64,000 bases of DNA from Pseudomonadota bacterium (GTDB lineage Bacteria > Desulfobacterota > Desulfobulbia > Desulfobulbales > JAHJIY01): contig JAHJIY010000007.1 of the NCBI GenBank assembly GCA_018823175.1, positions 32,725 to 96,724 of the forward strand, given 5' to 3'. This document shows, piece by piece, positions 9,008 through 17,346 of this stretch. Each line of letters starts with the position of its first letter. Within the stretch, counting starts at the first letter, position 1. The notes beneath the pieces were generated by a model. The model saw only the letters and a program-made list of their open reading frames with translations. It had not been told where the DNA came from and ran no database searches. The position numbers and the translations under genes are program-made.

Positions 9008-11026
9008 ATGATGAAGAGATTTCAGAAACTTTTCGCGGCTTCCCCCCAAGGGATTATCTTCTCTAACAGCCGGGATGAAATAACCCATTGGAACCCCATG
9101 GCGGAAACCATCTTCGGTTGGAGCAGCAGTGAGGCGATCGGTCGCAATCTGACCGAGATGATCATTAATCAGGTCCCGGATATTGCCCAGCGCTGGGGCA
9201 GCCATAATCGCAACGATCTTTCCCTGCAGGCCAAGCTGGTCAGTACCAGCGGGGAAATTCATCTGGTTGAATTTCTGATCACCGCCGGGGAGGTGGATGA
9301 GCAGGATGAGCCATATCGTATTGTCATAGCCAATGATATATCACATCAGTGGTTGCGAGAAGAGCAGTTGCAGCGCTCCGTGCGTCTGCAGGTGGTGATG
9401 AACACCATTCTGCATGTCGCCATGCTCGACGAGCCTGTTCTCAAACAGTTGCAGATGCTTCTTGACCTGATTCTGGCTATTCCCACTCTGAATATTCTGC
9501 CCATGGGCGCCATTCTGGTTACCGAGGGCAACCCTCCGCAACTGGTTCTCAAGGTCCATAAGGGGTTGACCAGGGAGCATGTTTCCACCTGCAGTATTGT
9601 CCCCAAGGGTCGTTGTTATTGCGGGCAGGCGGTTGAGGAAGAGATGGTTGTCCATGATGGTAACTGTATTCTTGCTCAGGAATGGGAGGAAGCGCCATGC
9701 CGGACGAACTATCCTGAGGCGGTTCATTACTCGATTCCGATCATGGCCGAGGAGCGAACCCTGGGGGTTCTGGTACTTTTTCTGGAACGGCCGGTGGGAG
9801 GTCCCCATTCTGAGATTGAGACCATGCTGGCGGTGGCTAATGTTCTGGCCGCAGTGTTGGAAAGGGAGGATTTGCGCCGGGAGCAGGATGAACTTATTTC
9901 TCACCTCAAGTTATCCAATAAGAGTATGCAGGAGGAAAAGAAATTTTCCGAATCAATCATCGCCAGTCTTCTCAACGGCCTGCTGATTCTCGATAATGAC
10001 GGGCAGGTGGTGGCCTGTAATCCCGAAGGGAAAAAACTGCTCGACCATTTTTTCCCCGGCGAGTTGGTGGGACGGAAGCTCTCTGAGATTGTCGGGGAGG
10101 AGATGGCGAAGCTCTTGCTGGCTGATTCCACTGATGCCGAACAATTTGCCGGAATACGGAAGAAAATGAAGTTTACCAGTATTTCGGGCGCGGCCAGATT
10201 AATCGAGTATAACAACTTTCCCCGGGTCAATATCGATGGCGAGAGGGAGGGCAGTATTCTCAGTTTTTCCGATATTACCGAGGCCGACCGTCTGGTCCGC
10301 AAGTTGGAGAAGATGAACCGTTTCAGCACCATCGCCGAAATTGCCTCGGCGGTGGCCCATGAGGTGCGTAATCCTCTGGCCGGGATCAAGGCCATCTCTC
10401 AGGGGGTTGAATCAACCTTGGAACCGGATGATCGAAATCGGAAAAGTCTGCAGCGGATCACTAATCAGGTTGATCGGCTCAATGTTATCCTGACTGATTT
10501 TTTTACCTATGCCCGGCCGCCTAAACCCCAGAAAAAGATGACGGATCTCGGCGAAATTGTCGGCAAGGTTATTCCTCTGCTGCAGTCGCGGGCCCAAAAA
10601 AGTTCCATTGTCATCAACAATCGTCTGGGAAAAAATCTTTCCCTGATCGTGGTTGATCCAAATCAGATGCAGCAGGTTTTTCTCAATCTTTTCTTGAATG
10701 CGCTTGATGCCATTCCGGTGCATGGGTGGATCGAGGTTAGTGCCGAGGATATCGGTTTGGACCGTAGTGTCTTTGATGAGCGCCGGTTTGCCGGTCTGCC
10801 CCGCGACAAGCCTTATCTCGTGGTGCGAATCAAAGACTCCGGCGCCGGGATGAGCAGTGAGGTTCTGGAAAAACTTTTTGAGCCGTTTTTCTCGACCAAG
10901 ACCACGGGTACCGGTCTGGGGCTGGCGATTGTCATGCGAATCATGAAAGAACATAATGCCCTCATCTATGCGGAATCTGTTGTCCAGCAGGGGACTGAAT
11001 TTTTTCTCTTTTTCCGGAAAGATTGA
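9008..11026 (+). CDS. Cytoplasmic PAS/GAF/PAS sensor histidine kinase
   Basis: H-box AHEVRNPLAGIKA, N-box FLNALDA, G-boxes DSGAGM and GTGLGLAIVMRIM. PAS-like N-terminus (FGWSSSEAIGRNL). No TM segments seen. Confidence 0.8.
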   Translation: MMKRFQKLFAASPQGIIFSNSRDEITHWNPMAETIFGWSSSEAIGRNLTEMIINQVPDIAQRWGSHNRNDLSLQAKLVSTSGEIHLVEFLITAGEVDEQDEPYRIVIANDISHQWLREEQLQRSVRLQVVMNTILHVAMLDEPVLKQLQMLLDLILAIPTLNILPMGAILVTEGNPPQLVLKVHKGLTREHVSTCSIVPKGRCYCGQAVEEEMVVHDGNCILAQEWEEAPCRTNYPEAVHYSIPIMAEERTLGVLVLFLERPVGGPHSEIETMLAVANVLAAVLEREDLRREQDELISHLKLSNKSMQEEKKFSESIIASLLNGLLILDNDGQVVACNPEGKKLLDHFFPGELVGRKLSEIVGEEMAKLLLADSTDAEQFAGIRKKMKFTSISGAARLIEYNNFPRVNIDGEREGSILSFSDITEADRLVRKLEKMNRFSTIAEIASAVAHEVRNPLAGIKAISQGVESTLEPDDRNRKSLQRITNQVDRLNVILTDFFTYARPPKPQKKMTDLGEIVGKVIPLLQSRAQKSSIVINNRLGKNLSLIVVDPNQMQQVFLNLFLNALDAIPVHGWIEVSAEDIGLDRSVFDERRFAGLPRDKPYLVVRIKDSGAGMSSEVLEKLFEPFFSTKTTGTGLGLAIVMRIMKEHNALIYAESVVQQGTEFFLFFRKD

Positions 11027-11069
11027 TTCCTGCCCGATAAGATCACGGAAATTTTTAAGGAAGGCACTC

Positions 11070-12257
11070 ATGGCTAAAAAAAAGGCGTTAAAAAAAATCT
11101 TGGTGGTGGACGACGAGGAAGATATCATCTGGTCCTTGAAGGAATTTCTGGTTAACAAGGAATTGCAGGCCGAGGTGTTCACGGCCTCCTCCGGGGAAGA
11201 GGCGCTGGAAAAACTCGCCCAGGAGCGGATTGATCTGGTCATAACCGACATCAAGATGCCGGGAATGAGTGGTCTGGACTTGCTGGTTGAGATTAAAAAT
11301 CGTTTTCCTTACATCGTGGTCATCATCATGACGGCTTTTCCCTCCTCTGATTTTAAACGAGAATCTCTGCTCAAGGGTGGCCTCTATTTTATCGAAAAAC
11401 CCTTTGATATCAAAATGGTGCGGGAAAAGGTTATCGAGGCCTTGCGGGAAACCGGGCAGTTCAAGGGGGTGCTGACCGGCATTAACCTGGGGGTCGTGAT
11501 CCAGATTAAGTGCATGTCTGAGTCCACCGAGGCTTTGCGGGTAACCGAAGGCAGTCGGCAGGGCATCATCTTTTTTCAAAGAGGTGAAATCATTCATGCT
11601 ATTTGCGATGAGCTGGAGGGGGAGGAGGCCTTTTATGAGATTATGTCTTTTCCTAATGGTCATCTCGACTCAGTCAATATTATTGAACTGCCGGAGAGGA
11701 CTATCTCCAAGCCTTATGTTGCCCTGCTGATGGAAGGGGTACGGCGCCAGGATGAGCAGGAGGTCGGGGACGTCGCTGAAAGTGCAGAGCCGGCTGGCAA
11801 AAAAAGCGATGGGCTGGGTGGCGAGGCTAAAGAGATCAGTTCCGACCAAGCCGCCGGGGCGGTTTCGCCGGGGCCCCCCCCGGTGGAGATGAGTGAACAA
11901 CTGGCGGGTTTCAAGACGATCAACGGCTACCTGGCCGCGGCGATTATGCGGGCCTCCGGGGAGATTGTCGCTCAGGATGATAATAATTGTCCAATTGACC
12001 TGGATCTGGTTTGTCAGGTGGCGCACGATTTTTTCCGTCAGGCCCGTCAGGCCTCCGGTCTGAGTGACTTCGGGGCATGTGATGAAGCATTGCTTGGGAC
12101 GGGGAGTGAGGCGTTGATCATGGGTTGCAATCCTGATGAGAGCGGGCAGGGCGCGGTCCCTCTGGTTCTGGCCGTGTTTTCAGCCAGTGGCAATAAGGCT
12201 ATGGGGTTCCGGGAGATCCGGAAAGTCGTGGCGCGACTTGCGGCCGCCGCGGTTTGA
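11070..12257 (+). CDS. Response regulator: REC + PATAN (DUF4388) + Roadblock/LC7-like C-terminal domain
   Basis: Start moved to ATG 11070 (MAKKKALKKILVVDDEEDI), which avoids overlap with the kinase. REC motifs DLVITDIKMPGMSG and IEKPF. PATAN-like GVLTGINLGVVIQIKCMSESTEALRVTEGSRQGIIFFQRGEIIHA. The C-terminal pattern INGYLAAAIMRASGEIVAQ ... LVLAVFSASGN resembles Roadblock/MglB (tentative). Confidence 0.7.
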   Translation: MAKKKALKKILVVDDEEDIIWSLKEFLVNKELQAEVFTASSGEEALEKLAQERIDLVITDIKMPGMSGLDLLVEIKNRFPYIVVIIMTAFPSSDFKRESLLKGGLYFIEKPFDIKMVREKVIEALRETGQFKGVLTGINLGVVIQIKCMSESTEALRVTEGSRQGIIFFQRGEIIHAICDELEGEEAFYEIMSFPNGHLDSVNIIELPERTISKPYVALLMEGVRRQDEQEVGDVAESAEPAGKKSDGLGGEAKEISSDQAAGAVSPGPPPVEMSEQLAGFKTINGYLAAAIMRASGEIVAQDDNNCPIDLDLVCQVAHDFFRQARQASGLSDFGACDEALLGTGSEALIMGCNPDESGQGAVPLVLAVFSASGNKAMGFREIRKVVARLAAAAV

Positions 12258-12337
12258 ATCGACCCATGACCTGTTCAATTTTCCTGAAAGTCATTTTTTG
12301 TCGTCCCACCAAAATCCGAACACAAAAATAATCTGAT

Positions 12338-12354
12338 CTTAATCATTGATTAAT
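12338..12354 (+). promoter_or_regulatory. Candidate Pho box upstream of pstS (CTTAAT-N5-ATTAAT, 11-bp register)
   Basis: CTTAAT at 12338-12343 and ATTAAT at 12349-12354, about 90 nt upstream of the pstS ATG. Shares GATCTTAAT with the phoU-proximal site. Confidence 0.3.
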
Positions 12355-12445
12355 AATTGGGCAGTATCATATCCAAAGTTCAAGGTGATGGTTTGCATGG
12401 GAGTAAATTTGATTTTGCCTTGTAAAAATTATTAAGGAGAAAGTT

Positions 12446-13510
12446 ATGAATGAAATCTTCAGAAAAATTGTCTTGACCGGCGCCGCTACGCTCTTGTTGG
12501 GTGCCGGTCTCAGTCCCGCCGCCTTTGCCGCCAGCCGCGATTCGATCAGTATCGTCGGCTCGTCAACCGTTTATCCTTTTGCGACGGTGGTTGCCGAAAA
12601 ATTCGGCAAGACCAGCCGCTTTAAAACCCCTAAAATAGAATCAACCGGGACCGGTGGCGGCATGAAACTATTTTGTGCCGGGATCGGGGTGCAACATCCC
12701 GATATCACCAATGCCTCACGCCGGATTAAAAAGTCCGAGTTTGATCAATGCCGGGAAAACGGAGTGCAAGATATCATTGAGGTCAAGATCGGTTATGATG
12801 GAATTGTTCTGGCCAACTCAAAAAAATCGCCGGTGATGGAAATCAGTAGAAAAGAGATTTTTCTGGCCCTGGCTAAAGAGGTGCCTGACCCGGGCGGGGC
12901 TGAAAAAGTTGTTCCCAATCCCTATAAAACCTGGCAGGAAATTAATCCCGCGCTGCCGGCTGTTAAAATCGAGGTCCTCGGGCCACCACCGACTTCCGGT
13001 ACGCGTGACGCCTTTACCGAGCTGGCCATGGAAGGCGGGGCTAAAACCTTTCCCTGGATCAAGGCCCTGGAGAAAAAGGACAAGAATGAATATAAAAAAA
13101 TCTGTAATACCGTTCGGGAAGATGGCGGATATGTCGAGGCCGGTGAAAATGACAACCTGATTATCCAGAAACTTGAGGCCAACCCCAGGGCCTTTGGGGT
13201 TTTCGGATTCAGTTACCTTGATCAGAACATTGATAAAATTCAGGGCTCGGTGGTGGACGGCAAACAACCAACCTTTGAGGCCATTGCCGATGGCGAATAT
13301 AAGTTGGCCAGGCCGTTGTATTTTTATGTCAAAAAAGATCACGTCAGCGTGATCCCCGGGATGACTGAATTCTTGAGCGCCTTCAGCAGTGAGGGTGCCT
13401 GGGGACCGGATGGATATCTGGCCGATAAAGGTTTGATTCCCATGCCGACCGCGGAACGGAAGGCCTTTGCCGCTGATGTGCAGAATCTCAATATCCTGAA
13501 GGGGTTATAA
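12446..13510 (+). CDS. pstS: Phosphate ABC transporter substrate-binding protein (PstS family)
   Basis: Signal peptide; SISIVGSSTVYPF, TGTGGGMK and SGTRDAF motifs typical of PstS/PBP; good RBS AAGGAGA. Confidence 0.85.
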   Translation: MNEIFRKIVLTGAATLLLGAGLSPAAFAASRDSISIVGSSTVYPFATVVAEKFGKTSRFKTPKIESTGTGGGMKLFCAGIGVQHPDITNASRRIKKSEFDQCRENGVQDIIEVKIGYDGIVLANSKKSPVMEISRKEIFLALAKEVPDPGGAEKVVPNPYKTWQEINPALPAVKIEVLGPPPTSGTRDAFTELAMEGGAKTFPWIKALEKKDKNEYKKICNTVREDGGYVEAGENDNLIIQKLEANPRAFGVFGFSYLDQNIDKIQGSVVDGKQPTFEAIADGEYKLARPLYFYVKKDHVSVIPGMTEFLSAFSSEGAWGPDGYLADKGLIPMPTAERKAFAADVQNLNILKGL

Positions 13511-13551
13511 TTTCAGGTAGTTATTCACTGCAAACGGCAAGATTTAAAGTG

Positions 13552-13587
13552 AGGCGGGGTGTCGGATGACATGCCGCCTGCTTTTTA
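13552..13587 (+). terminator. Rho-independent terminator after pstS
   Basis: Stem AGGCGG (13552-13557) pairs with CCGCCT (13574-13579), followed by GCTTTTT. Confidence 0.6.
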
Positions 13588-13718
13588 TGTGTAAAAACTC
13601 ACGTCTGACCAGCCATTTTTAAAGCCTCGGTTTCAATCAAAACCGACAGTCGTTAAATTGATGCTTTTGAGTAACAATCTTAAATCTGGCCAGACTTATG
13701 ATGTTGGCAGGACATAAT

Positions 13719-13760
13719 AAAAAAAGGTGCCACCTCGATTAAGAAGCAGCACCTAAAAAA
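13719..13760. terminator. Possible bidirectional terminator hairpin
   Basis: GGTGC (13726-13730) pairs with GCACC (13749-13753), flanked by A7 and A6 runs. On the minus strand this reads as a hairpin plus T-run downstream of the OMP gene. Confidence 0.45.
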
Positions 13761-13933
13761 GCATTATTATGTGAAAAGTTGCTCTCTACCAATATACTGC
13801 AAAATACGGTGACTTGCCCCAATCATTGTAGAAGTTATTAAGGGGCAAGTCATACCTAATGTCAGAGTTTGCTTTATCGTCTTTTCTCTGTTCCCATGTA
13901 TAGATTTCACGACTATCAACCTCACCATCACCC

Positions 13934-14584
13934 CTACCAGTTGCCACCTATAATAAAATGGTAATGCATGCCGCCGATCTTGACCGGCGGTCCGATAGTC
14001 ATATCTGCTTTGGCCTCAGATCTCCTAACTTCAAAGGCGATATTAAGACTTTCGTTAAAGACCAGATTAGCTCCGAGCCCTGCCCAAAGGCCGAAGGCCG
14101 TCCCGTTGTTGGAGTAAATATTCTCGGTCTGGGTCATTTCTCCCTCGGCACCGATTAGGGATAGGCCACCGTTAAGATAGGGCCTGACTGTTTCAAAGTC
14201 TCGCCAGATCTTTTTTACCCCTAGGTCGATCTCCCAGGTCCTAATATTCAGATCAATATGCGTGTAGGGAGCAATAGTGAATCCCCCGAAACCGTCTGAG
14301 GCCTGGAAACTTGTTTCGCCGGAGAAGATAAGGGTCTCAGTTTTAGAATAGAACATATCGAGACTTAAGGCCAGCGGCCAGGAGTTTTTTTCTATGCTGC
14401 CCATAATTGCGACTTCGCCGGTGGTGGGTCTGGGTCCCCATTGGTCCTGGTCTAAGACCTTGAAACCCAAGGCGGCGTTAACACTGGTCAGCCATTCTCC
14501 GGCTTCTGCTGGGGATGGAGAGAGTTGGATGAGGAGGGGTAGAAGTAGGATGAATAGTCTACCTATGCTGAAATCAGAATTCAT
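13934..14584 (-). CDS. Outer-membrane beta-barrel protein (hypothetical)
   Basis: Signal peptide ending PAEA; alternating hydrophobic pattern; C-terminal aromatic residue (…IIGGNW); 11-nt overlap with the upstream gene. Confidence 0.55.
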   Translation of the reverse strand: MNSDFSIGRLFILLLPLLIQLSPSPAEAGEWLTSVNAALGFKVLDQDQWGPRPTTGEVAIMGSIEKNSWPLALSLDMFYSKTETLIFSGETSFQASDGFGGFTIAPYTHIDLNIRTWEIDLGVKKIWRDFETVRPYLNGGLSLIGAEGEMTQTENIYSNNGTAFGLWAGLGANLVFNESLNIAFEVRRSEAKADMTIGPPVKIGGMHYHFIIGGNW

Positions 14585-15302
14585 GCCTCAACCCCAGACC
14601 AACGAAATTAGAGCCATCTGAAACCCCATTGATTAGACCGTAGTCCCCGGAACGGTGATGAATTCGATAAAAGACCCCGGTGTTTGGGTAAGCGGGCAGG
14701 GCAAAGTTCAGTTCAAACATCAGGTAATTAAGCCATTGGGAGGTGTTATGGGTCAGGCCGTGATTGATGGCGTGTTGGCTTTGTTCGATGGGCGGAATCT
14801 TAGTCGCGTATGAGATGCCCTCTCCGATGGCTAATTCGGTCTTAAGGTAGTGGTTCCACGGGAATTTAAGCCAGCGTAGGACCAGGACCAGATTGAATTC
14901 ATAATGGCGTTGGGTGCCGATCTTCTGGGATTTTTCATAGGATTGACCCTCTGCCCAGTGGTAGCCGTTAACGCTACAGGACTCACAATCACAGGGGTAT
15001 TTATCCTGACCCTCATGGCGAATGGCCTGACCTTCTACCTCCAGCCGCAGTTTCTCCTTTTTCTTGAGGAGTTTTACTCCGCCAGCAATGGCTATGATAT
15101 GCGAGTTGCTAAATTGTGGGTTAAAGACAACCTCAGAGAGATTAGAGTCGGAGATCTGCCCGCCGTAGGTGGACATGAAGTAATCGCTACTCTTAGACTC
15201 GGCGCAGAGGACCGAAAGCGGGGTAATACTTATGACCATAAAGGTGAGAATTATCTTAAGGTAGATCGAGGTGAACATGCACCTATTTTTAATTATACAC
15301 AT
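14574..15302 (-). CDS. Outer-membrane beta-barrel protein, possibly PagL/acyloxyacyl-hydrolase-like
   Basis: Signal peptide; C-terminal …GLGLRHEF. The motif RIHHRSGDYG…NG…GSNF resembles the His/Ser region of lipid A 3-O-deacylase family proteins (tentative). Confidence 0.5.
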   Translation of the reverse strand: MCIIKNRCMFTSIYLKIILTFMVISITPLSVLCAESKSSDYFMSTYGGQISDSNLSEVVFNPQFSNSHIIAIAGGVKLLKKKEKLRLEVEGQAIRHEGQDKYPCDCESCSVNGYHWAEGQSYEKSQKIGTQRHYEFNLVLVLRWLKFPWNHYLKTELAIGEGISYATKIPPIEQSQHAINHGLTHNTSQWLNYLMFELNFALPAYPNTGVFYRIHHRSGDYGLINGVSDGSNFVGLGLRHEF

Positions 15303-15532
15303 AACCTAGCTCCAGAGCAGTTTGCCCCAGCTTTTTATCTTATTCAGGAGAAAAAATATAGCAAATTATAAGTTGGATGGGATCGGTAGATCTGCTTAAC
15401 CAGCATTTCGATGCATTGCCCTACCGATAAATCTTCTTCAGATGTTTTTCAAGCAGCTGTTTATTTATAACCATATTTAAATCTTCCATCCGAACATCAT
15501 AAGAAATCAACCAACAACAAAACCGTTGATGG

Positions 15533-15714
15533 TGCTGTTTATCAATAATTGCACTGTCGGGTGAGGTTCAACCCTGATTTAGAAAATTGTCAGATCAAGT
15601 CTGGATTTCCAGATTTTATGGGTATTTTGCCTGCACCCGTAAATTTGGCAGAACTTGACCCCAACCGCATAAAACCTGTAGAATTTTCTATAGTTGATTA
15701 TTTAAATTTTATGG
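15533..15714 (+). repeat. 182-bp direct repeat, copy A (left boundary of accessory segment)
   Basis: 175/182 identical to 32784-32965, same orientation, no indels. Confidence 0.9.
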
Positions 15715-15810
15715 ATGTCCCCGGAACTGGATGTCCAGGGGCCAGCAAGAATTCATGTCCCAAAGGGCTTTTTCTACAGGCTCGTTAACCTCCAGAATAT
15801 ATTTCTACTC

Positions 15811-15855
15811 TTGACATACAATCCCTCCCGAACTATAATCTAGACAGACTAGACA
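15811..15855 (+). promoter_or_regulatory. Consensus sigma70-type promoter plus direct-repeat operator for the toxin-antitoxin operon
   Basis: TTGACA (15811-15816), 17-nt spacer, TATAAT (15834-15839). This is followed immediately by CTAGACA-GA-CTAGACA (15840-15855), and the RBS AGGAGG is at 15868. Confidence 0.6.
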
Positions 15856-15880
15856 TAATAAAACATTAGGAGGTATGATT

Positions 15881-16132
15881 ATGGGGAATGTATGGCAACT
15901 TCAGGAAGCCAAAAACAAATTTAGCAACTTGGTTGACAAAGCCCACCATGAAGGCCCTCAAGTTGTTACAAAGCATGGCAAAGAATCTGTCGTAATTATA
16001 GCTATTGAAGACTACCAAAAACTTAATAAACCAAAATCAGACTTAATATCTTTCTTTAATAAATCCCCTCTCTCGGGCATAAATCTCGACCTCACAAGAG
16101 ACAAAAGCTCTTCAAGGGACATCGAATTATGA
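15881..16132 (+). CDS. Type II antitoxin, Phd/YefM family
   Basis: WQLQEAKNKFSNLVDKAHHEGPQVVTKHGKESVVIIAIEDYQKL is typical of Phd/YefM. ATG 15881 has better RBS spacing than 15875. Its stop overlaps the vapC start (ATGA). Confidence 0.8.
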   Translation: MGNVWQLQEAKNKFSNLVDKAHHEGPQVVTKHGKESVVIIAIEDYQKLNKPKSDLISFFNKSPLSGINLDLTRDKSSSRDIEL

Positions 16133-16548
16133 AGTACTTATTGGACACCTGCGTGATTTCAGAAATCATACGCCCTAAACCATCCATAAAAGTCACCGGA
16201 TGGATCAAAAAAGAAGATGAGAATAATTTCTTCATCAGTGTTTTGACAATTGGCGAACTCCACAAAGGCATTGAAAAGCTTGATGAATCGAAAAGAAAGA
16301 AAGAATTGCACAATTGGGTAGAGAATGACCTTAAAGAAAGATTTTGGACCAGAATCATCGACATTGATCTGCAAACTGCGATGGTTTGGGGGAAAGTGCA
16401 AGGCATGACAGAACGTATTGGCAAACCAATACCCGCAATAGATTCTCTCATTGCCGCAACAGGAATTACTCATCATTTGACAGTTGTAACCCGTAATATC
16501 TCAGACATGAAGGAAAGTGGAGTGGCATTACTTAACCCATGGGAATGA
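16129..16548 (+). CDS. vapC: PIN-domain toxin VapC
   Basis: MKYLLDTCVISE (first acidic PIN residue), later IAATGITHHLTVVTRNISDM; 139 aa. Confidence 0.85.
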   Translation: MKYLLDTCVISEIIRPKPSIKVTGWIKKEDENNFFISVLTIGELHKGIEKLDESKRKKELHNWVENDLKERFWTRIIDIDLQTAMVWGKVQGMTERIGKPIPAIDSLIAATGITHHLTVVTRNISDMKESGVALLNPWE

Positions 16549-16945
16549 TAAGAAAAAAGGTTAAACAGACACTATCTTTAGGCAAAGTTAGTCAAGCCTT
16601 TCCTTTAAAAAAACAAAAGTGCAGTGGTGCCGAAGCCTAAATGCAGTAATCCTGCACCAAAGGGAGTCGAAGCGGTCCCCTGCTAATTTTCGACAGGCAA
16701 CTCCTTCAAATCCGGCTCATCCATTCCACGATTGCCAATCCTACCAAATGGTCAAATGGGGTCAGGTCAAATGTGGTCACAGAGGACTACAAACAATACC
16801 CGGTATTGGCAAAATCATATAGCTTACCATCAGGAAGCTTCGATCACTGCTTAGGAGAGGTCTGCACATTACCTTACCAAGATGGGAAAAATTGGTTTTC
16901 CATCACAAGGAAGAACTTTATCTCAGACAAGGGCCTTTTAATGGA

Positions 16946-17037
16946 TGATCCTGATCCACACATGATCCTGACCCACATGATCCTGACCCATGTGATCCTG
17001 ACCCATGTGATCCTGACCCATGTGATCCTGACCCACT
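16946..17037. repeat. 15-bp tandem repeat, about 6 units (TGATCCTGACCCAYR)
   Basis: TGATCCTGA recurs at 16946, 16963, 16978, 16993, 17008 and 17023. It translates as the artefactual MILTH/VILTH repeat in ORF 16773..17039. Confidence 0.9.
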
Positions 17038-17080
17038 GACCGTGCACGGTTGATGAGGGGGATTGAGGAGGATCTCTTAA

Positions 17081-17329
17081 TCAGTTCTCTACTCTACCGG
17101 GCAGGTGTAAGGCGCGCTCGGCAATCTCAACATGACAGTCGAGACAACGGGTAATGTTTCCACCTGTTCTTTGGGTCATTTCCATATATTTCATCGGCGA
17201 CTTGAATTTCATTTCCTCAGCATGTTTCTGGATATGGGCCTGCTCTTCTACAGTGGCGGCAAACAAGCTGTCGCCAACCAGGATCAACCATAAGCCGCAG
17301 AGAAGTGACACTAATAATCTGTTTCCCAT
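17081..17329 (-). CDS. Small secreted monoheme cytochrome c
   Basis: Signal peptide; single CLDCH heme motif; 17 nt downstream of the octaheme gene on the same strand. Confidence 0.65.
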   Translation of the reverse strand: MGNRLLVSLLCGLWLILVGDSLFAATVEEQAHIQKHAEEMKFKSPMKYMEMTQRTGGNITRCLDCHVEIAERALHLPGRVEN

Positions 17330-17346
17330 TCTTAACCCTCATTACA

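Noticed and set aside
10956-11069. Upstream extension of the response-regulator ORF, overlapping the kinase 3' end by 71 nt
   Set aside because: The extension has no similarity to REC N-termini. ATG 11070 (MAKKKALKKILVVDDEED) gives a canonical receiver start downstream of the kinase stop.
15533-15714. tRNA or tmRNA fragment as an att site within the 182-bp repeat (GAGGTTCAACCC resembles a T-loop)
   Set aside because: The flanking bases form only a 4-bp stem with an 8-nt loop. No acceptor or anticodon arms can be drawn, and no integrase is present.
15549-15788. 79-aa ORF, and its 112-aa counterpart at 32653..32991, encoded in the 182-bp repeats
   Set aside because: Copy A has an in-frame TAA where copy B has CAA. 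Most substitutions between the copies are non-synonymous. There is no RBS, and the sequence resembles no protein family. I treat both as non-coding repeat DNA.
16773-17039. 88-aa ORF ending in MILTHMILTHVILTHVILTHVILTH
   Set aside because: The C-terminal half is simply the 15-bp tandem repeat read in frame, and there is no RBS or family resemblance.
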